From positions 2,356,001 through 2,420,000 of the forward strand of contig JAQGDQ010000002.1 in NCBI GenBank assembly GCA_030141605.1: a stretch of 64,000 nt of DNA, read 5' to 3'. This DNA comes from Tubiluchus corallicola. Lineage: Eukaryota; Animalia; Priapulida. Below the pieces are notes generated by a model that was not told the origin of the DNA, searched no databases, and was given only the letters and a program-made list of their open reading frames with translations. Made by a program: the position numbers and the translations under genes. Shown piece by piece: positions 11,626-24,360 of the stretch (position 1 is its first letter; the number at the start of each line of letters is the position of its first letter).

Positions 11626-13661
11626 TAAGAAAAACCTACTCATTAATTTACTCATAGATATAGATGTATGTAGACATACTGTTTCCAAAGTGAAATGTAA
11701 GTGCTATAAAGCTGAAACCTGAATGTTATTTTATGCATGCTTTAGGCCTACGTACACTTCTGAATTAGTTACTTACTGTTGTGAGTCACTTTGTTTACCA
11801 CTGTGAGTCATTTTGCTGCCAAGCTAACAATGCAAGTTTTTGAACATCAATGAGGTCACATTTGTTATTGAAATTACCAAAATTTTGCATTGAACATACA
11901 TGCTATTTGGAAAACAATCAAAAAATAATTGTAGTCATAGATCTACGTGGATATACTGTACTACTGCGATGTGCTAGTATACTGCGATATAGTACATACC
12001 AGTTTTTACGTGTAGTACTGGTGTTGTTGTCTGATACTTATATCCGATATTAGATATCGGATACCCTGATATATTAAATTGCTGATTATTGATGAAATAT
12101 CCACACATTTTTTTCTGCTTAAAAGTGTGGACACTAGCGATCACACTTTTGGTAAACTTTCTAGTATAGTATTGTTCTTTATTATATAGTAAGTATGTAG
12201 TAGTATGGTACGCAAATAAACATTTATAAACACTGAAACCTGTCTATCTGCAGCAGATGACTCACACTATAGAAACGGGCGGCATTTCACTTGCGCAGAG
12301 ATGTTTGTGATTTCATTAGTGATTAATGATTTTTTTTTACTTTTGTTACTTTTGCTAACCATTTAAACCTTGTATGGCTAAACTTCATTCATGAATATCC
12401 AATTTGATTAAATTCAATCGAAATTTTTTTAGAATTAAATTTTACAAAAATGAGTTGAAAATCAAAATGACGTTAAATTGTGTTTATCATTTCAATGAAA
12501 AGAAACTGTAATCTCATTGTTAAATTACCAAATTTCACTGTGTTTTAGTTAAGTTTACTTTTTTAAGCAGTATGTTGCATATAAAATTAATATTACTGTA
12601 ATATACATAGCAATTACTTAAATTTGTAAATGACATTTTTAGGATTGCCAGTGTGAGTAAATAAGCCTACTTGCAAACAAAATTGTTCTTCTTTTCTGGT
12701 GCCAAATACATAAACAAAAAATGCTGTATCAGAATTTTTTGTAATATTAGCTTGTATTGAAACAGTGCCCAAGGTTAAATGTCAGCTTCGAAACAGATCG
12801 GAAAAAAAACAATATTGAACAATGCTAATTCGTACCACAATATTTTTTCCTTGTTCAAGTTATTGGATTCACTAGGACGTAACACAATATTTTTCCCATC
12901 TTGGTATTTGGAAACAGTAGAATATTATAAATTACAGTTTCTACAGATGGCAGTTTAGAAGTTAGCCCATAGTTGTTCAACTTTTCGGTAATATTTAGAT
13001 AAAACTAATCAGTGAAATTAAGTGTGTTTACATGTTTTTATCACTACATGTTTTTACTATGGACTTGAAATAGAGCTGGGCTGAAGCTTAAACTATGGGT
13101 TGAATGGTTGGGATAATTTATGCACCTTGTAATTTTTAAGCAAGCATTCAACTCATGCATTCAAAAAGTTAAAGCATCCATCCCAACACAATCTGTGGTG
13201 AACTGGTGTATTTGTCTGGGAGATTAATTCATTTAGTGGACATTTAAAGAGTGGATTAATGTCAAGTTTTCTTGAGTTTGTCTATAAAAATAATTGTAAA
13301 GCTTTTATAGATTTTTAGATTACTTAACCATGTTCATTTTAAATGACTGACAATATGTATAAATATACATTCGTAATTTCATATATTAGCTTATATGATA
13401 TAAAAGTGCATTGATGCATGTACTTCTCAACTTAGCACAACTATAGTTTTATTAGTGACACTGATTGAGCTTATGTCGACTGATATTTGGGCTTTCTTTA
13501 CCTCCAAATGGTCAAGTGATACTGTTAATAGATCCAACGGATTTCTGTAGATCTAAAGCATTTTTTTCCATAGATGTTTTTTGTTCTTTAATTCAAGAAA
13601 TGTTACACACACATGAATGACTGTTAACAGAATATCTTAATATTTCCTCACTGTCTTCTAG

Positions 13662-13821
13662 ATATGGATTTGTTGTTGCTGTGACGACAATAGATAACAT
13701 AGGGGCGGGATTCATTCAGCCAGGGCGTGGTTTTGTCGTATACCCTATCAAGTACAAAGCTATTGTTTTCAGGCCGTTCAAAGGAGAGGTTTTAGATGCT
13801 GTTGTTACTCAAGTTAACAAG
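13662..13821 (+). CDS. POLR2G: RPB7 coding exon 3 ([53 protein letters not shown])
   Basis: cttctag|A TAT ... AAG|GTGTGT; hallmark RPB7 sequence including FRPFKGEV. Confidence 0.97.
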
Positions 13822-14254
13822 GTGTGTATTTACTGTACATGTTTTTTTCAGAATAACTGTCAAGCAACTGTAGGCTTAGTAGCCTAATAGCATAAACTTA
13901 ATATGCACTATAAAGTTAATTAATTCTTAATTTGTGATAATACGCTCTAGCTGAGTAAATTAGGTTGTAGCTTCAAAGGACAATGTAAAGTTTGTGTTTT
14001 TGGTTGAGGGTCTGAGGGTCATATTGACAGCATTCAGTCTTATGTTTGTCAAATTATCAATGCTGCAAAACAATAAAATTGGTAAAATCTACTGACAGAT
14101 GTACCATGAAATAAGACTTATTTAAGTAAAGGTAATGGTAAAACAAAAAACCAAAGTGTCGTTTTATATTAAAGATGTCAGTATAATTGAAGTATAATAT
14201 GCATCGTGCTGTCGAGATTTTGCTTGTTATTTAAGACCTTTAAACTGTGTTTAG

Positions 14255-14305
14255 GTTGGCTTGTTCACGGATATTGGGCCACTGTCTTGCTTCATTTCCA
14301 GGCAT
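14255..14305 (+). CDS. POLR2G: RPB7 coding exon 4 (VGLFTDIGPLSCFISRH)
   Basis: gtttag|GTT ... CAT|GTAAGT; S1/OB-fold region of RPB7. Confidence 0.96.
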
Positions 14306-14526
14306 GTAAGTGACATTCGTCATATCTGTAGAAGAGCTTTATTTTTACTTACGTTTGTAAGCTACTTTTTATTTAGAAACAGAACAATTTAATTTTATAA
14401 ATGAGAAGGGGAAGCTTAATACATTTAATAATTTATAAGAATGGCAACATTAACAAGTTTTTGCAGCATATGATTCATAATTGTCTTGTGTCCTAGTTTT
14501 TTATTGTATTTTTTTGTTGTTTTTAG

Positions 14527-14592
14527 TCAATACCGTCTGACATGGAATTTGATCCCAATTCGAGTCCTCCGTGTTACAAGACACAAGATGAA
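14527..14592 (+). CDS. POLR2G: RPB7 coding exon 5 (SIPSDMEFDPNSSPPCYKTQDE)
   Basis: tttttag|TCA ... GAA|GTATGT; matches RPB7 SIPSEMEFDPNSNPPCYKT. Confidence 0.96.
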
Positions 14593-14798
14593 GTATGTAC
14601 TATGTAGTGATACTAGGCTATAGTTTTTGTTTCAATATCTCTATCATGCTACTTTAGTCTTATTATATACGCTGCTGTCATAAGAACTTTTTGTTTAGTT
14701 GTAGCAAAGTTTTGTTTATGTTTTAAGTGAAAACTAAAATTCTCAAGCGGTTAAAAGATTTGTACGTGTAGAATAGCCACCTTTCGTGATTTTAACTA

Positions 14799-15000
14799 GA
14801 CAGGTATAATCTAGTGGTAACGCATCCGTTTCCGTCTTTGAGGTAATGAGTTCGATACTGCGGGCGAGTTATACCAGAGACTAAAAGTGATACCAGCTGT
14901 TGCCCTGTCTGGCGCATGGCATTTAGGATAAAAGTGGGGTAATAATAATATGCATGTAAGTGATAAAGTGTGTGAGGTTTCAGTGAAGTGATTATTATTG
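14799..15000 (+). mobile_element. tRNA-derived SINE with a Meta-SINE-like central domain
   Basis: A-box-like TAATCTAGTGGTAA and B-box-like GAGTTCGATACT, then GTTATACCAGAGACTAAAAGTGATACCAGCTGTTGCCCTGTCTGGCGCATGGCATTTAGG, resembling the recalled Meta domain (TCATACCAAAGACT..AAAATGGTACC...TGCCTCCCTGCTTGGCACTCAGCAT). ATT-type tail. Confidence 0.65.
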
Positions 15001-15877
15001 ATGCTATTGTTAGCATTGAATAAATGTAGGAACATTTTGGATCAGTTAGCTTTGAAATTTGAAGCGACAGAGTTTAATACAAAATCTTTATTTACATCTT
15101 AATTATAAAATGAAAGTTAAGAAATTATAAAATCAATCTTACATCTGACAAAATTAAAATGATTAAGTTACTGGGCCTGCTAGTTTGCCTATTTCTAGTT
15201 GATTTACTAGAAGAAATAAATAGATTATAAATTAAGTGCAAAAGAGCACATGCAGGGATGAGGGCATTATCAGAACTGGCGAAGCAATTTGGACACAGAT
15301 TGGCATAGTGCGAGGAATTGTTGCATTTTGGAGTTAGTATGGGGAAAATGCTGTAAATTCTGGATAACTTGACAGAAAAGAATCAATTTATCTTTAATGT
15401 TTTTTTTTTGTTCATTTACTAAGGTGCCCAAAGATTGAGTTCTTAGAAAGCTGAAAGTGTGTAAATGAGGGGTTATTATGTAACAGAAAAATGAATTAAA
15501 GAAGCTGCTCCATTTTAGAAAGGAAAATCAGAAGGATGCATTTAAACAGAATAAACAGAACAAATATATTAATATATAATAGTTAAATCTTGTTGAGAAC
15601 ACTGTGATAATTTGCCTTGAATGTGGAAAAGCTGTTCAAGTGAAGTTTTTCATGTTTTTCTTTTGTGTATTAAAAAATTTGTCATATCTGTGTAAATGTT
15701 GTTCATGTAGTTCCAAATTTATTGATATAATTTAGGCATTCAAATCCTTATCACAGTAGAGAAGTTTCTAATTTGTTTATTAATCCACATTGTGTTAAGT
15801 TACCGCTAGTCTGTGCCATGATGGTATGTTTACCCATTGTTGTGTGGCTTACTGCAGTTACATTGCTTATATTTCAG

Positions 15878-15949
15878 GAAGTAGTCATTCAGGAAGATGA
15901 TGAAATTCGAGTCAAAATCATCGGCACTCGAGTGGATGCAACCGATATT
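15878..15949 (+). CDS. POLR2G: RPB7 coding exon 6 (EVVIQEDDEIRVKIIGTRVDATDI)
   Basis: atttcag|GAA ... ATT|GTACGT; matches RPB7 DEIRLKIVGTRVD. Confidence 0.96.
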
Positions 15950-16699
15950 GTACGTTCCATGTTTGAAAAATTTATAAAGTTTATCTTTTTTATGTGAACC
16001 ATGTGTGAATATTTACTGCTTACGGATTATTGCTTTTATACCACAAGCTAAAATGAGAGATGAAAAAATTTATAAAGCTGCTCTAAGATAGATTTTTAAA
16101 ACACAGATTTGAGGCTTGACTGTTTTTATTGTATTATTAATTTAAATAAGTGGCACTAAGCGAAATTCATGGGTCAAAGATCTGGATACCTTTTTTACAT
16201 TACTGTGTTCCAGTAATGTCTTGAATTGCAAGCTACCTTTCTAATTTCTTGTCGATTAATGTTAAACAATTTATAGAATGTAAAAGAAAGTCATAATGCA
16301 ACACAGAACTTGATTATCCTTTGCATTGACTTTAACAAATAACAAAAGAAGATGGTGATGGTGGTAATCTGTCTTTTTGTTACCATCTTTTTTCTTTTAA
16401 TTAACTAATTCAGAGCAAGTTCTGCACAAGTAAATTTATTTGTACTTCCTTAAAAATTAAGCTTCGTTAAAATTTAAATGGTGTATAATTCTAACTTTCA
16501 GTTTTCTCTTCTTGCAGACTTTTTAAACTATTGAACATTTTTTCATTAATCGTTATATTAATTTAATAATTTTGTTGAACAACTCAACATATCTGTATGT
16601 TTCACTCTTGTTTTACAATGTGCAGGCCCAATCAGAACAATTATTTAAAAAATCTGTAAAAAAAATTACTAAAATTTGCTTGTTTTTTTGCTCTTTCTC

Positions 16700-17800
16700 T
16701 GTGCCTTGCTACAGTGTTCCGTTCTGATTCATCTGTCCTTTTCTGGACTTCTCTGCTTTTTTTCCTGCTCTCTTTTATTCTTCTACTTGCTGCTTTATTT
16801 TCTGTGTGTTTCTTCTGCTAAACTAGGCCTTCCTCTTTTATTTTTAATGTAAAGCTGCAATCATTTTTCACAAATTTGAAATTTGATTTGTACATTGATA
16901 TCAGTGCATAGCGTGAGACTTAAAAAATGATAATCGTTTTTGTCATCCCATCGACAAATCTTTGATCTCATATTGTTGGAGATTAAGCGCACATTTATAA
17001 CTCTGAAGGTCATCATAAATGCAGATTTTCTGGTTTTCATGATAGTCAGTTTTTTCATTGCTGTCACTGTTTGTAGTAGCTAAGTACTATATTAACTAAA
17101 CTGAACCGCAAAGCAGAAAACTTGAAATAGTTAAAAACAAGCTTATTTTTAACAGCTTTCAAAATTGTTGTTTGTATTTCACCATTAGGCATTGGAATAA
17201 TTTCTCCCCAAGTGAAAAATGGTGTGCTAGTGAACATGTTTCCAGCTGACATGTAACACTGAGAGCTTGATATTGATTTATTGGGTGCATTTTGCTTTTA
17301 TATATATTTGTCTTTTCTTTCCTGTTAATAATTAATTCATGCTCTTTGCTTAACATTCTGGTGTTCTGTCGTCCTTGAAAGCTCAACATCTCACTCAGCA
17401 AAAGTTTTTACGCATTTGAACGCATTTGCATTGGTAAAAGGTTTTGAACAATAACATGCTTTGTGTAATCATGTTTAAATGCATCCGTCTGTGTTTCCTT
17501 TCTAAAGTGGAGGAGCTTGTTTAATTCATTGTTCTGTTACAATTCAAGTCTGGACCATTTTAGGTGTGAGGATAAACCTCAATGCAAAGAAAGTTGGACC
17601 ACATTCTCTTACAAGTTGTTTTATTAATCATTTGCCTTTCCTTACCTGTATATGCTTTCTCATGGAAAGTGTTGATGAGTGTTTTGTTTGAAACTGAATC
17701 CTGCTAAGCTCATATTTGCAGTAACGGTGCACAGTCATGTTTTCATTGCTGCGTAACATCTTTTTGGAGATTATCTTTCCTTTGAAAAATTTAGCAGCTA
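16700..17800 (-). mobile_element. Possible decayed DNA-transposon coding relic in POLR2G intron 6
   Basis: Purine-rich, coding-like minus strand with fragments MTVHRYCKYEL, KICRWDDK..LCTDI and an AT-hook-like KRGRP; many stops. Family not identified. Confidence 0.25.
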
Positions 17801-18428
17801 AAATATATTGTATTCTATCAACTTTCCAGAAAGTGACAAATGTATGAGACTTTTTGTTATAATTCGCTCAAGGTGGAAACCACTTTAGAGTTTAGGGTGA
17901 AGTTCTTTTATTAGTTATACATGACTATTCTCGGCCAGATATTCAGCAAACGAAAAAAGCCAAAAATACGAAAGCAATGCATCTAAATTAAAATGCGGGA
18001 TTTTCAACTGCAAAGCCTGCCTTGTAGAACCAATATGCTTTTACTATTACTTTCTGTAAAAGTAGGTATGACGCTTAATTACGAAACTGCACTTTGGACA
18101 CATTTATTGTTACCCAGTAGTAGCTGTCTTATTAACTTTTCCTGATTTAGTCTATTTGCTTTTATTTTGAAAGTTTGTTACTACATAAATGTTAATATCT
18201 TGTTAAATACTATAAATTTAAACTTCATAAAAAGCACTATAAATTTTTTACTTATTTCATGCCATTTACTGGTTAGTTTTCATGAACTTATGTTTGCAAT
18301 TCTTCCTAAGTATTGTTTTGTTTTCTTTATTTTTTTACATTTCACTGCTTATTGCCCCATCACATTCGTTAGTCACTTTCATAGTACTTGCTTTATAGGT
18401 TTCAGTAACTAGCTATTGTTTTTTGCAG

Positions 18429-18462
18429 TTTGCCATTGGATCTCTCATGGATGATTTTCTGG
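18429..18462 (+). CDS. POLR2G: RPB7 coding exon 7 (FAIGSLMDDFL(G))
   Basis: tttttgcag|TTT ... G|GTAAGT; matches FAIGSLMDDYLG. Confidence 0.96.
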
Positions 18463-19149
18463 GTAAGTTTGGCTCACATTTTTTTACCTATAGTTACTAA
18501 AGACGGGAAATCGTCTCATTTAATATAGTGCCTCACATGTATGTGCGATGCCATGTACTGTTGTGAGCATTCACATTACAAATATAATAAATGATTATAC
18601 AATTGTTAAAGGCCTGCTGAGAAACCAGAGTACTTAAATGAAAGTTGTTATGGAATAAAATCCTAATTTTTAAGAGAAAAATGGTTGCATTTTAAATAAA
18701 AATTAACGGCAATGCTACAGTTTGTTGTCACAAATCATACTAACGATACGTATTAATTGTTGGCATTTAATAACTTAGACAATTTGTGATGTAATCAACT
18801 TAGTAAATTTGCTAAGACTGAAAAGTGAATTTGTTACATTTTCTTGTCTTAGCTCAAAATAACTGAATGAAGTTTTATGCAATTCTCTTTGGGTAGTAGA
18901 AAGAAACAGAAAAAACTGCCAGAATAAAACCAGACTACTTAAGTCTCCAAACTTAAGATTTTGCAATATGACTAAAACTACAACTGCTTACTATAGAAAG
19001 TCTTTCCTGAATTGATCTTTGTCTCAAGATCATAATTTCACTTTTGCTGAATTCACCATACTTGATTACCTAAGAATTGCATTTCCTTTCAGTGAAATTG
19101 CAACTTGTGACATTTTGACCAGCAACCACGTCAGGGGTCAGCCCATCTC

Positions 19150-21050
19150 GGGTCAACCTATGTAGTTCAGTTTGTCTCTTTGAAACCTTTCCTTTGATGT
19201 GGTGCAAGTTATTGACAAGAACCCATTTTAACACTTTTTCCATGTCACGTGTCCTGGCTACTTTTCAAAACATACTCATTGCACATCTACACTCACCCGG
19301 TTACCCACATGTGCATAAACAGTGACTCCTAATCTGATATTGTGAAGAAGAGTTGAGTGGCAAACTGTTTGTCCTATTTATGCATTTTGGCTCCTATCTC
19401 TGTACTTTCCCAGATCCCAACTTCTGAAAAATACTTAATGCACATCTACCGTACAAGGCCTAAATAGCTGTGAAAAAAGTTTCTTAATTTAACTCAAAAT
19501 CCTAGCAGGAGTTGAGTAATAATCAAAAAATTGAACAATGTCCAGTGTCTTTCCTATATCATTGTCTCAAAGGAGATAATTTTTGACCAGAGGTCGCCAG
19601 TCACCATACTACTATCAGTTCTCCTGCCCCAGCTGTCTAGTGTCTATCGTGCAAGTTTTGTCTCTAGCTGTTTTAGTTTTGGAGTTAATAAGTTTTCAAA
19701 ATTGGGCGATCATTAAATAAACAGTTGCCTTCCAATGACATTCTGCAAGTACTGTAGAATCTTAAAAAAAATGTACATGTGCCATTTCTATGCATGTTTA
19801 GTACACTAATTGTCAGGTAAACAATGTACGCACATATGAATCATTAAAACACTTAATCAGCGCAAAAGTACAACAAAAAATGTTCAATAAAGTTTAATTG
19901 TCAAGAAATCTAAATGCCAACGTAAGTCATAAAGGTGGATAGTTTCTAATGATTTAGCAAATTATATTATGTATTTAAACAATTATTACAGTAAAAAGCT
20001 CAAGACACTTTAGCTAAAGATGCAAAATTCAAGATTAAGAATGATGCGGCTAACAAATGTTTTTCATCAAGCCTATTTAACTTGTGGGAATATTATTTGG
20101 CTTCTGATATTCTTGTAATGAAAAAGACACTGTTACAAGTGAGGCACATTTCCATAAAGTTAGGATTGACTGGATATCGGATGTTAATGTTTGGGATGAA
20201 TTTTTGTTGTGTGACATTAGACAATAAAAATTTGATGTGTGAATAAATTTGCTTCTGTGTGAAATTTCTCAAACTATAGGATTTCTCTCTTATGCCCTAG
20301 TATTAGGATTTATCAATGACAGCCATTTGCATTTTGATTTTATGTATTTTGTTTCTTCCATGTTCCAGCTGTGAAAGTCAATTTTGTTTGTTTGGATATG
20401 ATCACGAATTAAATTTAAAACATCTTTTCATCTGGTTTTGCATTTTTTTCCTCACTTCAGGGATATGACATCTACTGAGTTAGCTTATTGCATCCGTTTC
20501 TGTTCAAGTGCGCTTTCCTACACCTACAAGTGTTAGAACTTGAAAAGGCCAGTTTTTTATATGCAGTAATAATTGTATGATTCAATCAAGGTTGTAGTTG
20601 AAACCCATGTCCTGATGACTGCTTGTCATCTAGCATTTCATAAATTTACTCTTAATTTGTCATTTTTAAAGTTGTCGTGACTTTTCCAGTAGACTGTCAA
20701 ACTTATTAAGATTTAGACTAATTCTTGTTCAGTGCTTATCCATTTCTCTGCCACTTGCAAGAAGCCTCTTTATTACCACTTACTTGCTTAACTTAATTAG
20801 CAAATGGTGTAATCAGAAGTCGTCTCAGGTTTCGCTCAGAATTCCATTTGTCTTCGTGTCGCTTCTTTTACACCACCAAAGTGCCTCCCTGCAGATTTTC
20901 GATTGACCCCAAATTACATTAGCCTGTGTAGTTGAAACTGTCAGCATGTTTAAAAGTCTCTTTACTGTAGTTTTCAAGCTGCCGTGCAAAGGAAATCCAT
21001 TCTTCATCTGCTGATGTTATGTTATTGTTCTTCCTGTCATAACAATCATT
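19150..21050 (-). mobile_element. Heavily decayed RTE-like LINE ORF2 remnants
   Basis: Weak remnants resembling the RTE linker (KICREAL..., TGK...IKSK...DDKQ) near 20600-20900 and a GHV..M-like C-terminal motif near 19250. Boundaries approximate. Confidence 0.35.
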
Positions 21051-21509
21051 TTACATTTTTGTTCATGAATTCTTCATTCAATTTACTTGTCTGTCATGAC
21101 ATGCTAGCTGCTGAAAACGTTTGGTACTTATATTCTGAGCTATGACAATGTACTTGATTATAATCATTAGTATAATGGTAAGCGCACATGCAGAGTGTGT
21201 TATTAGTTACTTTGAATACATGCACATGCAGCTCGTTGTTTAGCATTAGCGTCTTTGCACAAAAGACTGTTAGTTAACAAAACGGCTCAGTTAGCACTCG
21301 AGCTTCGTTCAGCAGTGAAATAATAGAGCAAAAACAATGCAAACATTGAAGTCATGTTGAAGGCTAGCCTAGTACCAGAGTGTCAGTTTGTCGAGCTAGC
21401 CTAGTACCAGAGAGTCGGTTTGGGAGATACAAATTGATGAGCCACCTCCTGATTGGACATTACCGACTCTTTGCTACTCCTTAGCGACTCTTTCCCACAA
21501 GTTTGCTGC

Positions 21510-21959
21510 ATAAAAGGGCGTGATTTTGAGCACATTTCATCATTTTTCTCCTGCTAGGAGAATCTCTGCTAGTTTTCGCTGCGATTTTAGCTGCTTATTT
21601 GCTCATTTATTGCACTGTTGTTTCATCTTGTTGACAAACAGGAATTTTCACGTGATTCTATATTTCTTAAACGATGTCAAGGCAGTCCAATCTGACTTCA
21701 TTTTTCAAGTCCAACCATATTCCCGACCCAGGTTCTACGGCTAATAAATACTTAATTAAATTTTAATTTAATTTTTAATTTTAATTAAGTTTCCGTTGCT
21801 ATAGCTTTAAGTTAAATGCCAGTTGGGAATAAATAAATTGTTTTTCTTGCAATCAAAATACTGTGTGGGAATTCAAAATTATACGTTTTTTAAACAGTTA
21901 AGTTCCGCCATTATATACAGTTGGGGCCCCCCAATTTTTTTTGGTGCATGACGCCCCTG
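21510..21959 (+). mobile_element. hAT-like non-autonomous fragment
   Basis: Ends in GGGGCCCCCC...ATGACGCCCCTG, a typical hAT terminus. Internal ATG at 21674 reads MSRQSNLTSFFKS. Left end and TSD not found. Confidence 0.45.
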
Positions 21960-22399
21960 TTACTTTCTAATACATTGATTAATGTTGTTTATTTACATTG
22001 TGATTTGTAGTTATCACCATGATTTTCTAAGTGTGTTGATTGCAGTTCATGTGTTAGGCATAAAAAATTTAATTTACCACAACAATTTGAAAAATGGATT
22101 CCAGTAAGTGCTCTAATACTCTTGAATTTATAATTTCGTGGCAGACAGTGTACACAGGATAAATGCCAGTTTGCAGTGATGTAAACATCAAATGTAGAAA
22201 GAAGAAAAAAATGATTTTAGTCAGATTAACAAACCTCAGAGCAGGCTGGTGACTTCCTTCTCAGATGATTACAAAATTGAAATTCTTTTAAAGATTTTTT
22301 CAAAATAAAATAGAATAACTGTCAGTGAGCATGTGAATCATGATGGGAATGATAATTAATGCACTTTATTCGCTTAATTGTTGCATAGCTAAATAGGCT

Positions 22400-23050
22400 A
22401 CTCTTCACTTGTGGCATTGCACCTGGCTTGACAAATTATCATAATTTGTTGAAAACGTATCTGTTGGTTATTATTGCAAGAAAATGCAAATACACTTTGA
22501 AAGGTATTTTGAGGCTTTACTGTAGGTATTGCAGATAATGATGAGTTATACCCGATGCTCTGTAAAAATCAGTTTAAATGGATTCACGCAGGGTTTTCTG
22601 TTAACGCAATTCTTTTGAAAGCGCTTCATGTTGGGTGCTAAGCATTAATTAAATATTTTTATTGACGTTTTCCTGTTTTCTCTGCATTTTTATTTGTACT
22701 GCTGATGTTGCATTTTGTGAGCTTTCTAAAAGTGCTCGGGGAAGACTTCAGTTACTGTAACTAGTGAAAGATGAACGTAGCGTGTAAAAATGAATTCATA
22801 TTTCAACATTTTCCATTCAATTTAGAAAAAGTAATGTATAGTCATCAGTAGAATTCTTATAATAAGAATGCCGTGGAAAGTAGTTAATTTGAAAAGGACT
22901 TGAGATTGACTTTTTATAGTATGAACACAGTTTTCTTGCTTTTTTAGTTATTATTTGACATACATCAAAAATGGAAGTTCTGCAGGTACTCTTAACAAGA
23001 ATATTACATTCATTGTCAAACATGGAGTTGTGTTTCTTAGCAGGAGTTAA
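22400..23050 (-). mobile_element. Decayed hAT transposase (TTF-type zinc finger / ZMYM1-like N-terminal region)
   Basis: PFQINYFPRHSYY...DD (cf. SFQxxWFxxxxWLxY), EHF*KAHK (cf. HxxSxxH) and MLSTQHE...RESI*..YRASGI (cf. I.FLARQGI), in the expected order with stops. Confidence 0.45.
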
Positions 23051-24206
23051 AAAGTCTTATCTTTTTGTGAAATTGCAAATCGCCTTTTTGCAAAAGGATC
23101 TGCAATTTTTAAACTAAAAAAGCATAATGAAAAGCTTTGTTGCTTCTTTGAGGAAACTAAAGATGTATTATTACTCTTTCTGTCTTTGGCCTGGTTCCCT
23201 CCAATGAATTGTCCCTCCCTGAAATCATCTGTGCTAATTTTTTGAACACAGCTGTGTGCTTTCTGTGACTGTACAATTATGAATATTTTTTTTCAGAGAA
23301 TCTAAAGCCAAATGTGGATAGCACTGAAATCGCCTTCTATCCATATATCAAGTAACCCAAACTTGAACCTTCGTATCTAAAATTGACTGAATTCTTCAAT
23401 TCAGTTGTTCTTGTAATGCCGACTAAATCACTGTCTTTCATTTATGCAGTTATTTTGTTTCTGAATTTATTGAATGTTTCAGCCGTTCATGTATTCCTGT
23501 AATGCACATAAAAGTATTTTAGCTAGCTATTGTTGATTACCTATTGCTGATTACCTTGAGGACTTGAGGGCATCTGCACTTTATCATCACTGCCTGCTTG
23601 GTCATCATTAGCCGTTCTGCAGCCCGACGGAAAGTCACAAGATGAATTGTGTAAGGCAGAAGTTGTCAATTTTTTTAAGTTTAATAAACCATCAACATTC
23701 CAAAGAATATATACCGCAGAAACTAGATCATCTTGTAACTTTTTCACATGGTGCAAGTTACTCAGGAGAGAACACGCTATTAATATTGCCATCATCTAAC
23801 TTCTTTAAATGCTATAAAAATAGAAGTTTCTAAATCTCGATGCAACCTTTAAGTCCTTGGCTAATTCTTGGCATGTAGATGGCAGTATAAAATTAAAAAC
23901 ATGCAGACTTGTGGGGCTGAATTTGACATAAAAGGTTTGTAAAATAGAATTTAAGACTTCAGAATTTGCTGAACTAACTGTTTTTTGCTAACTGCTTATG
24001 TTTTTTTGTTTTGGAAATATGGCTTCTTTGGGATTTTTCAACTAGTAGATATGATTGCAAGTTGGAATTTAATGAAAATCACATGTAAATGTAATTAGAT
24101 TCTGAACTCAGACTAGATTTGTGCTATGTAGAATTGATCCCATGTGCCTTACCTGAGAGAGTAGAGTAGGAGTGAAGAGAGAGTGGAGGCAAGGGGACAG
24201 GGCAGG

Positions 24207-24360
<154 letters not shown>

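Noticed and set aside
14799-14870. tRNA gene
   Set aside because: Only degenerate A/B boxes with no cloverleaf; it is a SINE head.
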